This document shows positions 46,429 through 55,960 of a stretch of DNA of 64,000 nt, one piece after another. Position 1 is the stretch's first letter, and every line of letters starts with the position of its first letter. The stretch comes from a virus. Lineage: Duplodnaviria > Caudoviricetes. The notes beneath the pieces are model-generated. The model searched no databases. It was not told where the DNA came from and saw only the letters and a program-made list of their open reading frames with translations. The translations under genes and the position numbers were made by a program. The DNA is taken from IMG/VR virus record IMGVR_UViG_2744054908_000003, positions 536 to 64,535 of that record; one strand, written 5' to 3'.

Positions 46429-46995
46429 ATGGCTTTCCCAGCACGTCTACAGCAACTGCTCAACGAGGGTAGGGGCAAGATCGCATCTGCCGTAAAGTTC
46501 GAGTTCGGCACCGGCACCTATGGCTTTTTCTCGGGCAAGGGCAGTGTCGATTATGGTGGCCTGACCTATCATGGTAACACCATCATCGACATTGACGAAC
46601 CAATGTACGCGCTTGGCACAGCGGCCCAACCAGTAACCATGCGCTTGCCCGCTGCCGCCGATTTCGGCCTGACGCCGGATAAGCTCGGGCTGATCGAACA
46701 GGAAGATTATAAAAATCGACCTGTCACGTTCTACGACTTCTATTTCGATCCAGACAACAACGCTTTTCTTCACGCCGAGCCGACCTGGTACGGCTATGTC
46801 GACTACATCGACCACTGCGAAGAAAGCGATGAGGTCTGGTTGGAAGGCCACATTGAAACGGGCGCGGTCGACAACTTCCGCGAGGGCTACCGCTACGCCT
46901 CGCATGAGGACCAGCAGCTTGTGTCGCCCGGTGACATGCTTTTCGAATACGCCGCTAGGATCAAGAATGAGTTCTTCAAAATCAAATTCGGCTAG
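46429..46995 (+). CDS. Tail tip/hub protein
   Basis: Position; EDQQLVSPGD..FEY C-terminus. Confidence 0.7.
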   Translation: MAFPARLQQLLNEGRGKIASAVKFEFGTGTYGFFSGKGSVDYGGLTYHGNTIIDIDEPMYALGTAAQPVTMRLPAAADFGLTPDKLGLIEQEDYKNRPVTFYDFYFDPDNNAFLHAEPTWYGYVDYIDHCEESDEVWLEGHIETGAVDNFREGYRYASHEDQQLVSPGDMLFEYAARIKNEFFKIKFG

Positions 46996-47404
46996 GGTTC
47001 CCGGCTGGGATCGGGCGTTGGAAGACCTTGCGACGGCTCATGTTTCGATTGCGCCAGAATGGGGCGTTTCGGACTGCCTGATGACGGCCGCAGATGCCAT
47101 CAGGGCGATCACCGGCGATGATCCGCTTGCGGAGTTCCGCGGCAAGTACAAGACAGAAGCCGGGGCAGCCCGGAAGATGCGCGCCAATGGCTGCGAGAAC
47201 GTCAAGGACGTATTCGAAACCTATCTCCAGCTTGAGCCGGTCAATCGTCTCTCTGCCCGCCGTGGCGATGTGGGCGTTATCCGCATCAATGACGAATACG
47301 TGGCCGGGTTCATTTGCGGCTCCGGCTTCGCCGTGAAACAGCCGCATGGGCTCGCGTTCTTGTCCGTGACCGACATCGAGCAGGCCTACAAGGTCGGCCT
47401 GTAA
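46967..47404 (+). CDS. NlpC/P60-like tail assembly protein (DUF6950-like)
   Basis: WGVSDC, ITGDD, RGKY, ARRGDVG. Confidence 0.8.
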   Translation: MSSSKSNSARVPGWDRALEDLATAHVSIAPEWGVSDCLMTAADAIRAITGDDPLAEFRGKYKTEAGAARKMRANGCENVKDVFETYLQLEPVNRLSARRGDVGVIRINDEYVAGFICGSGFAVKQPHGLAFLSVTDIEQAYKVGL

Positions 47405-47479
47405 CCACTTCGACAATTTGCGCCTTTGAAGGTCCGCCAGCAGCGGGCCTTTTTTGTTGCGCCCGATTGAGGCTGTCGC

Positions 47480-50464
47480 ATGCCATTTTTAGCGCCTATC
47501 TTCACCGCGATTGGCGGTCTTGTGTCGAGCGTGGCCGCATGGGCTGCTGCAAGCCCGATCCTCGCCGGTATCGCGCAGACCGCCTTTGGCATTGCACTCA
47601 AATATGCCGTCAACGCGCTGTTTCCTCCGAAGACCCAGAGCCGCGCATCAGAACTTGAAACCCAGTACGGCGCCAATATCCCGCGCTCGGTTATTCTCGG
47701 CACTTGTGCAACTGAAGGCCATCACATTTACCGCAACAGCTATGGGTCGGGCGGGCGTCTGATACAGGACGTGTTCGTGCTGTCGAGCTTCCGCATTACG
47801 GCTGTTCCGCGTGTTCGATACAATGGCCAATGGCGCATCTTGAGCCAGCAGGACGCTAACGGTTATTGGCTTGTGCCGAATGAAGGAACAAGCGGCGACG
47901 ATCACGATAACGTCCGCGTCAAGTTCTTCTACGGCACAATGGATCAGCAGGCAGAGCCGACGCTGATCAGCAATGCGCGCCCGGCTGGCCGGTGGACTGC
48001 AAACCATCGCGGTGCAGGCGTTGCCTATGCCGTCGTGTTTTCCGAGCTTCGCAAGAACGGCGATGGCCTGACCTCGCCAGCAAAGCTGTTATTCGAAGTC
48101 TTGGGCGCGCCGCTTTACGACTGGCGCAAAGACAGCACGGTGGGCGGATCAGGCGCGCATCGCTGGGACGATCAGAGCACATGGGAATATTCCGATAATC
48201 CGGTCGTGCAGATCTACAATCTGGAACGCGGTTTTTTCAACGGCACGCAGCGCATGGTCGGCAAGGCTGTTCGTGCAAGCCGTCTGCCATTGGCGGAGTA
48301 CACTCAGGCGGCGAACATCTGCGACGAAATCATGTCGGACGGTTCGAAGCGTTATCGTGCTCATGCGATTGCCAAGGATGGACCCGGCGCTAACCACGAC
48401 GCCAACCTAACGCCAATCCTTGAAGCCATGTGCGGCTCGTGGGTGGAGCGCGTTGACGGCGAATTTCCGATTGCTGGCGCTCCGCAGGCCATCGTTGCAA
48501 CCATCACCGACGACGATATCAAGCGCGGTGCACCGTTGCGGTTCAGTGCCAAGCGCAAGCGTACCGAACTCATCAATACCGTTGCGGCCTCTTATGTCTC
48601 GCCGGATGACTTCTACGAAACCAAGGACGCGGCAACCCGTATCGATGAAGGGGCGCTGGCTGAAGATCGGGAAACGCTTGCCAGTGCCATTCCTTACGCT
48701 GCCGTCACCGATGTGCGGCAGGTGGACAGGCTGGCCGATATCGCCATCCGTGGCGCTCGCTATCAGGCATCGGCGGAAATCGTCGTTCATCCGAAATTCC
48801 TCGATACGATCAAGGAAGGCCGGTGGGTTCGCTGGAACAGTGCCAAGTATGGAGACCGCACATATCAGGTTCTGACGCGGCAGCTTGGCGGGATCAATAC
48901 CGACGGCGCTCGTGATATCTCGATTGCGCTGCAACAGATCAGCAACGGCGTTTTTGACCCGACGGCTTACGAAACTGATCCGCCTGTCATTATCGTGGTT
49001 CCACCACCGCAGTATCTGGCCGAGGTGCAGAACTTCGATGTTATCCCGACAATCGTTAAGGCAGACGGCGCCGGAGAGTTGCCGGGTGCGCGGCTGCTCT
49101 GGGATACGATTGATGATATCTCGGTCGTCGGTGTTGATATCGAATACTGGCCCGCAAACGATCCAAGCCAGGTGTTCAAACGGTTCGTCACCTGGGATGT
49201 TGTGAATGTTCTTCTGGTCGAAGGCCTGACTTCGCTCACAGATTGGTTTGTGCGCACGCGTTTGCGTGTTGATAATGGACGGTCTGTGGCTTGGTCGGCG
49301 GCAAAACCGTTCCGCACCCTGAACGCGCAGGGCGATCAGAACCCTATCGATTATGAGGGACTGGCCGATGACCTGAAGGGTTATCTCGGCTGGATCGGGC
49401 CGCAGGTTCGCGAATTGATCCGGCAGGCTGAAGAACTTGCTACCCTGACGGCGGATAATCACAACAGCAACTATTCGGACATCCAGCGTTTGACCCGCCA
49501 GCTATCGAGCACCTTTGGCAATGCGCAGGCGATGTGGCAGGAGGATATCATCGTTGCCACGGGTCCGAATAGTGCCATTGGCCAGCAGCTGACCCGGATC
49601 AATGCCCAGCTCTGGGACAATACCGGGGCAAGCATTATTCAGTTGCTGCAAGTCCGTGTCGATGGCGTCGAGGATGATGTTGCGGCGCAAGCCAACCTCA
49701 TCAACCAGCTATCGTCCAATATCGGTGAAGTGTCTGCGAACGCGACCTTCCGAATGGGGACTTATGCGGCACCGAGCGGCTGGAACTCCCGCATTGGAAT
49801 GGAAGTGCGCGGTGGAACAACCGACAGCTACAAGAGCGCCGGCCTCTTCCTTGATGTGACCAGCACCCAGGCGCGTATTGCCCTGATAGCGGAACAGATC
49901 GTGTTCTCGAACGGCACCGAGTTCTTCAAGCCATTCGTCATCCAGAACAACGTTATGTACGGCGAAGGCTTCGTCATGGATTGGGCGAAGATCGTCAATG
50001 TCCAGATCGGCACTGCCCAAATCGGGGATGCTGCAATCACTTCCGCGAAGATTGGCAACTTGCAGGTGAAAACCAGCAATCTGGACTTTGGGTCTGTGAC
50101 ACAAGTCTTCAATGCTTCTGGACCATCACCCAACCCCGGCAATCAGAACACCCCGGCCTGTAGTCTTCTGACGATCAATCCGCAGGGGAATACCTGTCTG
50201 ATCACTTTCGGCTGGTCGATCACGTGGACAAGCTCGTCAAACTCGTCTGTCACCATCAGTCTGATCAATGTCACAACTGGGGTAACGGTGGCCTCGGCGC
50301 AATCGCCTTCGTCCAATGGCGCGACATTCTCAGACTACATCACCATGATCGACACGAGCGCGGTCAGCGGGAACAATAATTACGAACTCCGCTATGCGGG
50401 CACCGGTATTCCCATCGTAAGCGCTTTCTCCGGGACTATCCGGGCGCTCGTCTGGAAGCGCTGA
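47480..50464 (+). CDS. Tail tip / host-specificity protein (J-like)
   Basis: YDWRKDST.GGSG.HR, SDNP, FN3-like region, IGDAAITSAKIG. Confidence 0.9.
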   Translation: MPFLAPIFTAIGGLVSSVAAWAAASPILAGIAQTAFGIALKYAVNALFPPKTQSRASELETQYGANIPRSVILGTCATEGHHIYRNSYGSGGRLIQDVFVLSSFRITAVPRVRYNGQWRILSQQDANGYWLVPNEGTSGDDHDNVRVKFFYGTMDQQAEPTLISNARPAGRWTANHRGAGVAYAVVFSELRKNGDGLTSPAKLLFEVLGAPLYDWRKDSTVGGSGAHRWDDQSTWEYSDNPVVQIYNLERGFFNGTQRMVGKAVRASRLPLAEYTQAANICDEIMSDGSKRYRAHAIAKDGPGANHDANLTPILEAMCGSWVERVDGEFPIAGAPQAIVATITDDDIKRGAPLRFSAKRKRTELINTVAASYVSPDDFYETKDAATRIDEGALAEDRETLASAIPYAAVTDVRQVDRLADIAIRGARYQASAEIVVHPKFLDTIKEGRWVRWNSAKYGDRTYQVLTRQLGGINTDGARDISIALQQISNGVFDPTAYETDPPVIIVVPPPQYLAEVQNFDVIPTIVKADGAGELPGARLLWDTIDDISVVGVDIEYWPANDPSQVFKRFVTWDVVNVLLVEGLTSLTDWFVRTRLRVDNGRSVAWSAAKPFRTLNAQGDQNPIDYEGLADDLKGYLGWIGPQVRELIRQAEELATLTADNHNSNYSDIQRLTRQLSSTFGNAQAMWQEDIIVATGPNSAIGQQLTRINAQLWDNTGASIIQLLQVRVDGVEDDVAAQANLINQLSSNIGEVSANATFRMGTYAAPSGWNSRIGMEVRGGTTDSYKSAGLFLDVTSTQARIALIAEQIVFSNGTEFFKPFVIQNNVMYGEGFVMDWAKIVNVQIGTAQIGDAAITSAKIGNLQVKTSNLDFGSVTQVFNASGPSPNPGNQNTPACSLLTINPQGNTCLITFGWSITWTSSSNSSVTISLINVTTGVTVASAQSPSSNGATFSDYITMIDTSAVSGNNNYELRYAGTGIPIVSAFSGTIRALVWKR

Positions 50465-50520
50465 CCTTCATCAAAATCCAACCGAAAGAAACCGCGTGAA
50501 CAGCGCGGGGAGGTAAGCTC

Positions 50521-51636
50521 ATGGCTGTTTTGCCCGACTATGTGACCGGGACGATAACGCTTGCGGCTGGTTCAACGACCGTTACCGGCACCGGGACCAT
50601 GTTCGAGATAGCGGCTTTCCGTCCCGGCGATACGCTGCAAATCCAGAACCTGACGGCAATCATCGCCAGCGTCGATGGCAACACTTCGCTGACCCTGACC
50701 GAACCGTGGACCGGCACGAGCCTGACAAACGCGCCATACCGGGCGCGCTATTTGCCGGACGGTGCACGTGTTACCGCCCAGACGACGACGCTCATTGAAC
50801 TGCTCGGCAATGGCGTCCTGTCGAATATTGCAGAATTGGGCGTCGAGGAAGGCAAGGTACCCGTAGGTGGGCCAACTGGCGAATACGAGTTGGCCGATTT
50901 GGTTCAAGACCCGAACGGCAGTCTCGACAAGCTGGCGGCGCTGACGTTGGCGGCGCGCCAGATATTGCAGACGGATGCAGATGGAGCACTTAAAGCGGTC
51001 GCGCTTGCGGCTAACAAGTTCCTGCGAACGGACGCGAACGCGGATATCCAGTTATCCGACATCACTGCCGCAGCGACTGCACTTATGAACTTGTCTGGCA
51101 CGGCCTCAGCAAACCAGATGCCATATTTTAATGCTGACGATAGTGCGGCGCTCACGCCATTGACGTCCGCTGCACGAACGCTTCTTGATGATCAGACAGT
51201 ACCCGCGATGCGTGGAACAATCAGCGCAGGTAAACCAGTTTTCAAAGCCCATCTGGCTGCCAATCAGCTGGTTTATAACGGCACGACCAATCTCAGCTTC
51301 ACGGCATCTCCTCTGAACGTTGGCAATTGCTGGAGTGGCGGAACGTTCACGGCTCCCGAAGCCGGAATGTATTTCTTTTCCATGGGTACGACGATGGGGG
51401 ACGGATACGGAGGGCAGTTTATCGTCCAGATATTCGTCAATGGCAGCGTCTATTCTGAAATGGTTTATCCCATGAACCCGCAGAGTGTGCAGCAGTATTA
51501 TCGCGCCGGTACCCTTTCCGCAGCACTCCAGCTTGCCGCAGGTGGAACCGTCCAGTTCAAGCTCGTTCTGGACGCTGTACAAGGCAATCCGATGATGCAG
51601 GCCTTCAGAAACTTCGCCACGGGCTTTTTGATCTAA
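50521..51636 (+). CDS. Tail fibre with C-terminal C1q-like domain
   Basis: GTIT..AGSTTVTGTGT anchor; PVFKA...F...NVG...GTFTAPEAGMYFF. Confidence 0.8.
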   Translation: MAVLPDYVTGTITLAAGSTTVTGTGTMFEIAAFRPGDTLQIQNLTAIIASVDGNTSLTLTEPWTGTSLTNAPYRARYLPDGARVTAQTTTLIELLGNGVLSNIAELGVEEGKVPVGGPTGEYELADLVQDPNGSLDKLAALTLAARQILQTDADGALKAVALAANKFLRTDANADIQLSDITAAATALMNLSGTASANQMPYFNADDSAALTPLTSAARTLLDDQTVPAMRGTISAGKPVFKAHLAANQLVYNGTTNLSFTASPLNVGNCWSGGTFTAPEAGMYFFSMGTTMGDGYGGQFIVQIFVNGSVYSEMVYPMNPQSVQQYYRAGTLSAALQLAAGGTVQFKLVLDAVQGNPMMQAFRNFATGFLI

Positions 51637-51645
51637 GGAGCATTC

Positions 51646-52092
51646 ATGCAGTACAAATTCATCAAGTTCGGCCCGGAAGGTTTCCCGCTCTTCTATTATG
51701 ACGAGGTGACTTATCCGCCGACCGAAGACGGAAACCGGAACTCTGATATTCCATTGGATGCGGTTCCTGTTACCGACGAACAATGGGCAGATGCACGGCG
51801 TATTGCGTTGTGGCAAACACCGGACGGCACGCTTACAACTCCGCCGCCACCGGAGGCCATTGAAAGTCCGTCGGTTGTGGTCATACCCGCCGTCACGCTC
51901 TGGGAGCGCATGACTGATGCCGAGGCGGAACAGGTCAACGCGGCGATGGCAACTCAGCCGTTCCGCACCCGGCAAATCTTTCTGACCGCAAGCACCTTCC
52001 GCTCCGATCATGAGCTTTGGCCTCTGCTCGTTCAGATGGCGACGGATTTATTCGGAGAAGAAAGGGCGGCTGAGCTTCTCTCACTTGCCTAA
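51646..52092 (+). CDS. Tail-fibre-associated protein/chaperone
   Basis: IPLDAVPVTDEQW; follows the fibre gene. Confidence 0.65.
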   Translation: MQYKFIKFGPEGFPLFYYDEVTYPPTEDGNRNSDIPLDAVPVTDEQWADARRIALWQTPDGTLTTPPPPEAIESPSVVVIPAVTLWERMTDAEAEQVNAAMATQPFRTRQIFLTASTFRSDHELWPLLVQMATDLFGEERAAELLSLA

Positions 52093-52139
52093 CCGATACC
52101 GAAAACCTGACGATCCGCCCTGCATGCGGTGCGGTTTTT

Positions 52140-52256
52140 TCAACGTCGGTTTCCGTTCCCGTCATAATAAAAGAAGACTGTTATAACGATGGCAGCAGCT
52201 AGCGCCATGAAAGCCCAGAATATCCATTCGATGTGACCGTAAATGAATGAGCCCAT
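52140..52256 (-). CDS. 38-aa single-TM protein (MGSFIYGHIEW...)
   Basis: AAGGAGG SD; TGAAC-N16-GGTT promoter at 52276-52300. Confidence 0.55.
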   Translation of the reverse strand: MGSFIYGHIEWIFWAFMALAAAIVITVFFYYDGNGNRR

Positions 52257-52493
52257 TGGTACCTCCTTAAGGGCTAACCCAAGAGGAGCGAGAATGTTCA
52301 TTCAAATGGAAAGCCCCGGCAAGGTTTCATTAACCGGGGCAGGCGCCTTGGGAAATCTAGCTGAAAGCAACGATAAGCGCCCAGTAGACATTTAGGAGTT
52401 AGATTGTAAACAATCCGTATGCAGCCGAAAGAAAACCCCGGTGCCGTGTCGCGATCACCGGGGTCCGCGCAAATGTAACCTGCGCCTGACGGG

Positions 52494-52769
52494 TTACAGC
52501 GTCCAGCCGTAAGCCGCGAGCGCAGCCCCGCCGACTAAGCCGATGACTGACCAACCAATCATGCTGATGCCCATGAAGCTATGATACGTTTCGGCGGAAA
52601 TCTTTCTGAAAACTGCAACCAGAAAAAGGTTTGCAGCAGCGCCGACGATTAGACCGATACCGTTGGCGACGTAAGCGGCTGGATGAAGCGCCATGCTCTG
52701 CATGAAATAGGGCCGCAGCAGGAAAGTCGCTCCCAGCATCCCTGCGATTAGTACAAAAACCGATACCAT
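52494..52769 (-). CDS. Three-TM membrane protein
   Basis: Hydrophobic ORF followed by a terminator-like hairpin. Confidence 0.65.
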   Translation of the reverse strand: MVSVFVLIAGMLGATFLLRPYFMQSMALHPAAYVANGIGLIVGAAANLFLVAVFRKISAETYHSFMGISMIGWSVIGLVGGAALAAYGWTL

Positions 52770-52917
52770 TCCGAAGCCGGACCATCTTACTAGCATTTGC
52801 TGAACTACCTTTGTCTTGGGGAAGGGGTCAGGCGGTAATGCCCCTTGCTCGTTCGTCAGGCAACCCATCGACGTAAGAGTCCTCAAGAAAAAACCCCGGA
52901 CCAGCCGGGGCTGTTTT

Positions 52918-53226
52918 TCAGCGAACTTGCAATACCTCGCCTGAATACCGGTCGATGACTACCCGCATTTCATCATCGTAACGGTCCACTCCGCGGACGA
53001 TGTAGACATTGCGTCTACGTGAGACGCTGTCGATTTCGTCCATACCTTCTCTCTGAGCGATGCGCGCTGCACGACGTTCGCTGATATCCTCGCGATACCG
53101 CGGGCGATCACTTTCGGGTTCTAATAAGCGGATGCCATTTGGGCCGATTTCTATGCTTTGTGCATGTACAGGAAGAGAGGAGGCCAATACGGTTATCAGT
53201 GCTGACAAAGCTGCAGATTTGTACAT
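52918..53226 (-). CDS. Exported PepSY-like protein
   Basis: Signal peptide ..VHA/QS; ISERRAARIA...VVIDRYSGEVL. Confidence 0.75.
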   Translation of the reverse strand: MYKSAALSALITVLASSLPVHAQSIEIGPNGIRLLEPESDRPRYREDISERRAARIAQREGMDEIDSVSRRRNVYIVRGVDRYDDEMRVVIDRYSGEVLQVR

Positions 53227-53354
53227 TGTCTATCCAACATTCAGTGGTTCATATCGCCCGCCAATTACCGGCGGGTTTGTACAGCGCCTCGTCGCCGGTG
53301 AACACTGGCTTGTGGCTCAATTACGCTAACAAAGCGCATGATCCCGTGATGTCT

Positions 53355-53555
53355 TTAAGGCAGTCGACCAGACCCGCATTCCTGGTGGCGCTCGATATAC
53401 TTCCGGTTCAGCAAATCGACGGCCTCCTTGGCATCACTCTCGCTGAGACCGGACTGTTTGTGGCCATCGATAGAGACAATCTCGCCGTTGAATACGTCAT
53501 AGACGCACCACGTCATGTTGCTTTCCCGGCGCATGTCGAAACCATTTCTAATCAT
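53355..53555 (-). CDS. Small hypothetical protein with EcfG-like promoter
   Basis: GGAGG SD; CGAAC-N16-CGTT at 53594-53618. Confidence 0.6.
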   Translation of the reverse strand: MIRNGFDMRRESNMTWCVYDVFNGEIVSIDGHKQSGLSESDAKEAVDLLNRKYIERHQECGSGRLP

Positions 53556-53698
53556 AGCCATTCCTCCGATGATCAGATTAACGGCATCGGAATAACGAAC
53601 GGGCGGCGCTTCCGTTCGACCAATTGGCATTACGCCTCAGAACGAACCGTGCGCGCATAGCACCGATTGAGCTGCCAACTCCAATACAGGACATCCCC

Positions 53699-54562
53699 AT
53701 GAACAAAACAACGTTCTTCGCGTATGCGAGGCGCGCGCCTTTTGGCGGGCGCTTGAGCCAAGCGCAGGTCGACGGCACGTCGGCAATTCTGGCCGAGGCA
53801 GAGCGCCGAGGCCTGCTGGACGAGCAGACGGCTTATGTGCTCGCGACGGCATTTCATGAGACTGGCGGCAAGATGCAGCCGATCGAGGAAAACCTGAACT
53901 ACACTACCGCTACGCAGATAAAGAAGACATGGTCGTCGCGCTTCTCCACTGTGCAGAGCGCCCAGCCTTATGTGCGAAACCCGCAGGCCTTGGCTAACAA
54001 GGTCTACGGCGGCAGGATGGGCAACACCCGACCGAACGACGGCTGGTTATACCGCGGTCGCGGCTTGGCCCAGATCACCGGCAAAGACAACTATAAGAAG
54101 TACGGCCTTGGCGATAACCCCGATGCCGCGCTGGAGATGGCCACGGCTATCCGCATCCTGTTTGATGGGATGATCAACGGCAAGTTCACGGGCAAGCGGC
54201 TGGCTGACTTTTTCGACGGCGGCAAGGAAGACCCTGTAGGCGCCCGCGCTATCGTCAACGGCACTGACAAGGCCAGCCTGATAGCTGGATATTACCGCAA
54301 CTTCCTCGACAGCCTTGTGGCTGCCCGTGAAATGAAACCTGCCAAGGTGGAAGACGCCAAGCCTGACGACGTGCCGTTGCTGCAGGACAAGACCGTGCAG
54401 ACGATCGTCGCAGGCACGGGCGGCACGCTTGTTACCGGCCTTATCGGTGCGGTTTCCAACCCTTGGGCGTTCGCAACTGTCGCGCTTCTGCTGGTCGCAG
54501 CAGGCGCGGGCTTCTGGCTCTGGAAGAGCGGCAGGCTCGAACTGAAGAGGGTGGCGGCGTGA
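53699..54562 (+). CDS. GH19-family endolysin with hydrophobic C-terminal segments
   Basis: AYVLATAFHETG, EENLNY, YRGRGLAQITG..NY. Confidence 0.9.
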   Translation: MNKTTFFAYARRAPFGGRLSQAQVDGTSAILAEAERRGLLDEQTAYVLATAFHETGGKMQPIEENLNYTTATQIKKTWSSRFSTVQSAQPYVRNPQALANKVYGGRMGNTRPNDGWLYRGRGLAQITGKDNYKKYGLGDNPDAALEMATAIRILFDGMINGKFTGKRLADFFDGGKEDPVGARAIVNGTDKASLIAGYYRNFLDSLVAAREMKPAKVEDAKPDDVPLLQDKTVQTIVAGTGGTLVTGLIGAVSNPWAFATVALLLVAAGAGFWLWKSGRLELKRVAA

Positions 54563-54750
54563 GCCTCAAAAGGATCGCCATTGAATATGACAGCGACGCG
54601 GGAACAGCCACGGTGTGGATCGATAACGGCTCGCAGCAGTGGGGCAATGCAAAGCTCACGGTATGCGAGGCAACCGAAACGCGCGACGGCTACTTGCTGC
54701 CGCTCACAGGGCAGCATCGCATGCTGATCTTGACAGGAGTGCCAACATGA
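54559..54750 (+). CDS. Hypothetical lysis-cassette protein
   Basis: GTGA/ATGA coupling. Confidence 0.55.
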   Translation: MSLKRIAIEYDSDAGTATVWIDNGSQQWGNAKLTVCEATETRDGYLLPLTGQHRMLILTGVPT

Positions 54751-54983
54751 CCTGGCTGCTAACCCTACGCTCCAAAATCACAGGCTGGGCCGTGGCAATC
54801 GCTGCGGCCCTTGCGATTCTGGCGGGCGCTTACCTCAAGGGTAGGGCGGACAACGCCACAAGCGCAACCGCCGACCGGCTGAAAGTCACCAATAAAGCAA
54901 GGAAAATCGAAGATGAAACCAGCAAGCTTGGCGGCGGTGATGTTGACGCTGCTCTGTCTCGGTGGATGCGTGACCGCCGGTAG
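54747..54983 (+). CDS. i-spanin (Rz-like)
   Basis: N-terminal TM plus short periplasmic helix; overlaps lipoprotein gene. Confidence 0.7.
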   Translation: MTWLLTLRSKITGWAVAIAAALAILAGAYLKGRADNATSATADRLKVTNKARKIEDETSKLGGGDVDAALSRWMRDRR

Positions 54984-55104
54984 CTACTGCGATGTGGCCC
55001 GGCCTGTCCGCCCGAGCGTCGAGGACAGTCTGACTGACGGCACGAAGCGCCAGATTCTCGCGGAGAACACTAAACTGGAAAAGCTATGCGGGGTGCGGCC
55101 TTGA
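54913..55104 (+). CDS. o-spanin lipoprotein (Rz1-like)
   Basis: Lipobox LGGC; overlaps Rz in another frame. Confidence 0.75.
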   Translation: MKPASLAAVMLTLLCLGGCVTAGSYCDVARPVRPSVEDSLTDGTKRQILAENTKLEKLCGVRP

Positions 55105-55162
55105 GTGGTAAATGGTGGCTGGCCTGCCTGTGGCTGGGCGTGGCGGCAAGGGGGATTATCGG

Positions 55163-55498
55163 ATGACCGGCGCTGAAATCATGGCCGTTGTTGGCTTTAT
55201 CGTGATGTTGATGGGCTTTTTATTTGGCTTGTGGAAGTACGTCGAAAGCCAGATCGCGAAAGCAGAGGCCCGCAACGCGGCGAAAGCAGACGCTGCAACC
55301 GCCCTTGCCAGCCTGACGCGGCAGGAGCTTTCTGACTACAAGCTGCGGGCGGCTGAAACTTTCGCCACGAAGGCTGGCATGCAGGAGCAGACCTCCCAGA
55401 TCATGCGGGCCATCGAAAGTGTGGCGCATCGCATCGACGGGCTCACAGAACGGATTGATAACATCATGGCGACGAGGACGGGGCGCACCAGAACATAG
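55163..55498 (+). CDS. TM + coiled-coil protein (holin/XhlA-like candidate)
   Basis: Single N-terminal TM then coiled coil; end of lysis cassette. Confidence 0.6.
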   Translation: MTGAEIMAVVGFIVMLMGFLFGLWKYVESQIAKAEARNAAKADAATALASLTRQELSDYKLRAAETFATKAGMQEQTSQIMRAIESVAHRIDGLTERIDNIMATRTGRTRT

Positions 55499-55544
55499 GC
55501 GGCTTTCGGGTCGCTACAGACTCCCCGCTACGGCGGTCTTCCCT

Positions 55545-55736
55545 TTATGCAAGCGAGTAGAACCAGATAACCGGCGCGACGATCAGGATTGCCAAGCCAA
55601 TCCAGAAGGCGCGCCAGCCCACGCTCTTCGTTCCCAAGAATGCCGTCGTGACTACAGCCGCCGCTATCATAACGGTAAATGGCCAGTAGATTGACATATA
55701 TACGAGGGCGGCAACCCACCAAGGAAATGAAATCAT
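55545..55736 (-). CDS. Small multi-TM protein (moron)
   Basis: Almost entirely hydrophobic. Confidence 0.5.
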   Translation of the reverse strand: MISFPWWVAALVYMSIYWPFTVMIAAAVVTTAFLGTKSVGWRAFWIGLAILIVAPVIWFYSLA

Positions 55737-55960
55737 GTGCGCTTGTAGCTGGTGGGTAGTGCGTCGGCAATATCTCGCGGTGATGTGCCAGCGGATGGCG
55801 TGGGGAGGGGATAAGGAACGAATTGTATCGTTCACGTTCGAACCATTAGAAGCTACCCAACAATTTCGTGTTCTTGGTAATCTGAAGTTGTTGTTTCCTA
55901 GCGACTCCCGGTATTGCTGTCAGATAGATAAGCTATTTTAAAAGGCGCGGGAGGCTTTGA

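Noticed and set aside
47480-52092. Diversity-generating retroelement or invertible tail-fibre cassette
   Set aside because: No reverse transcriptase, invertase or duplicated variable repeat seen
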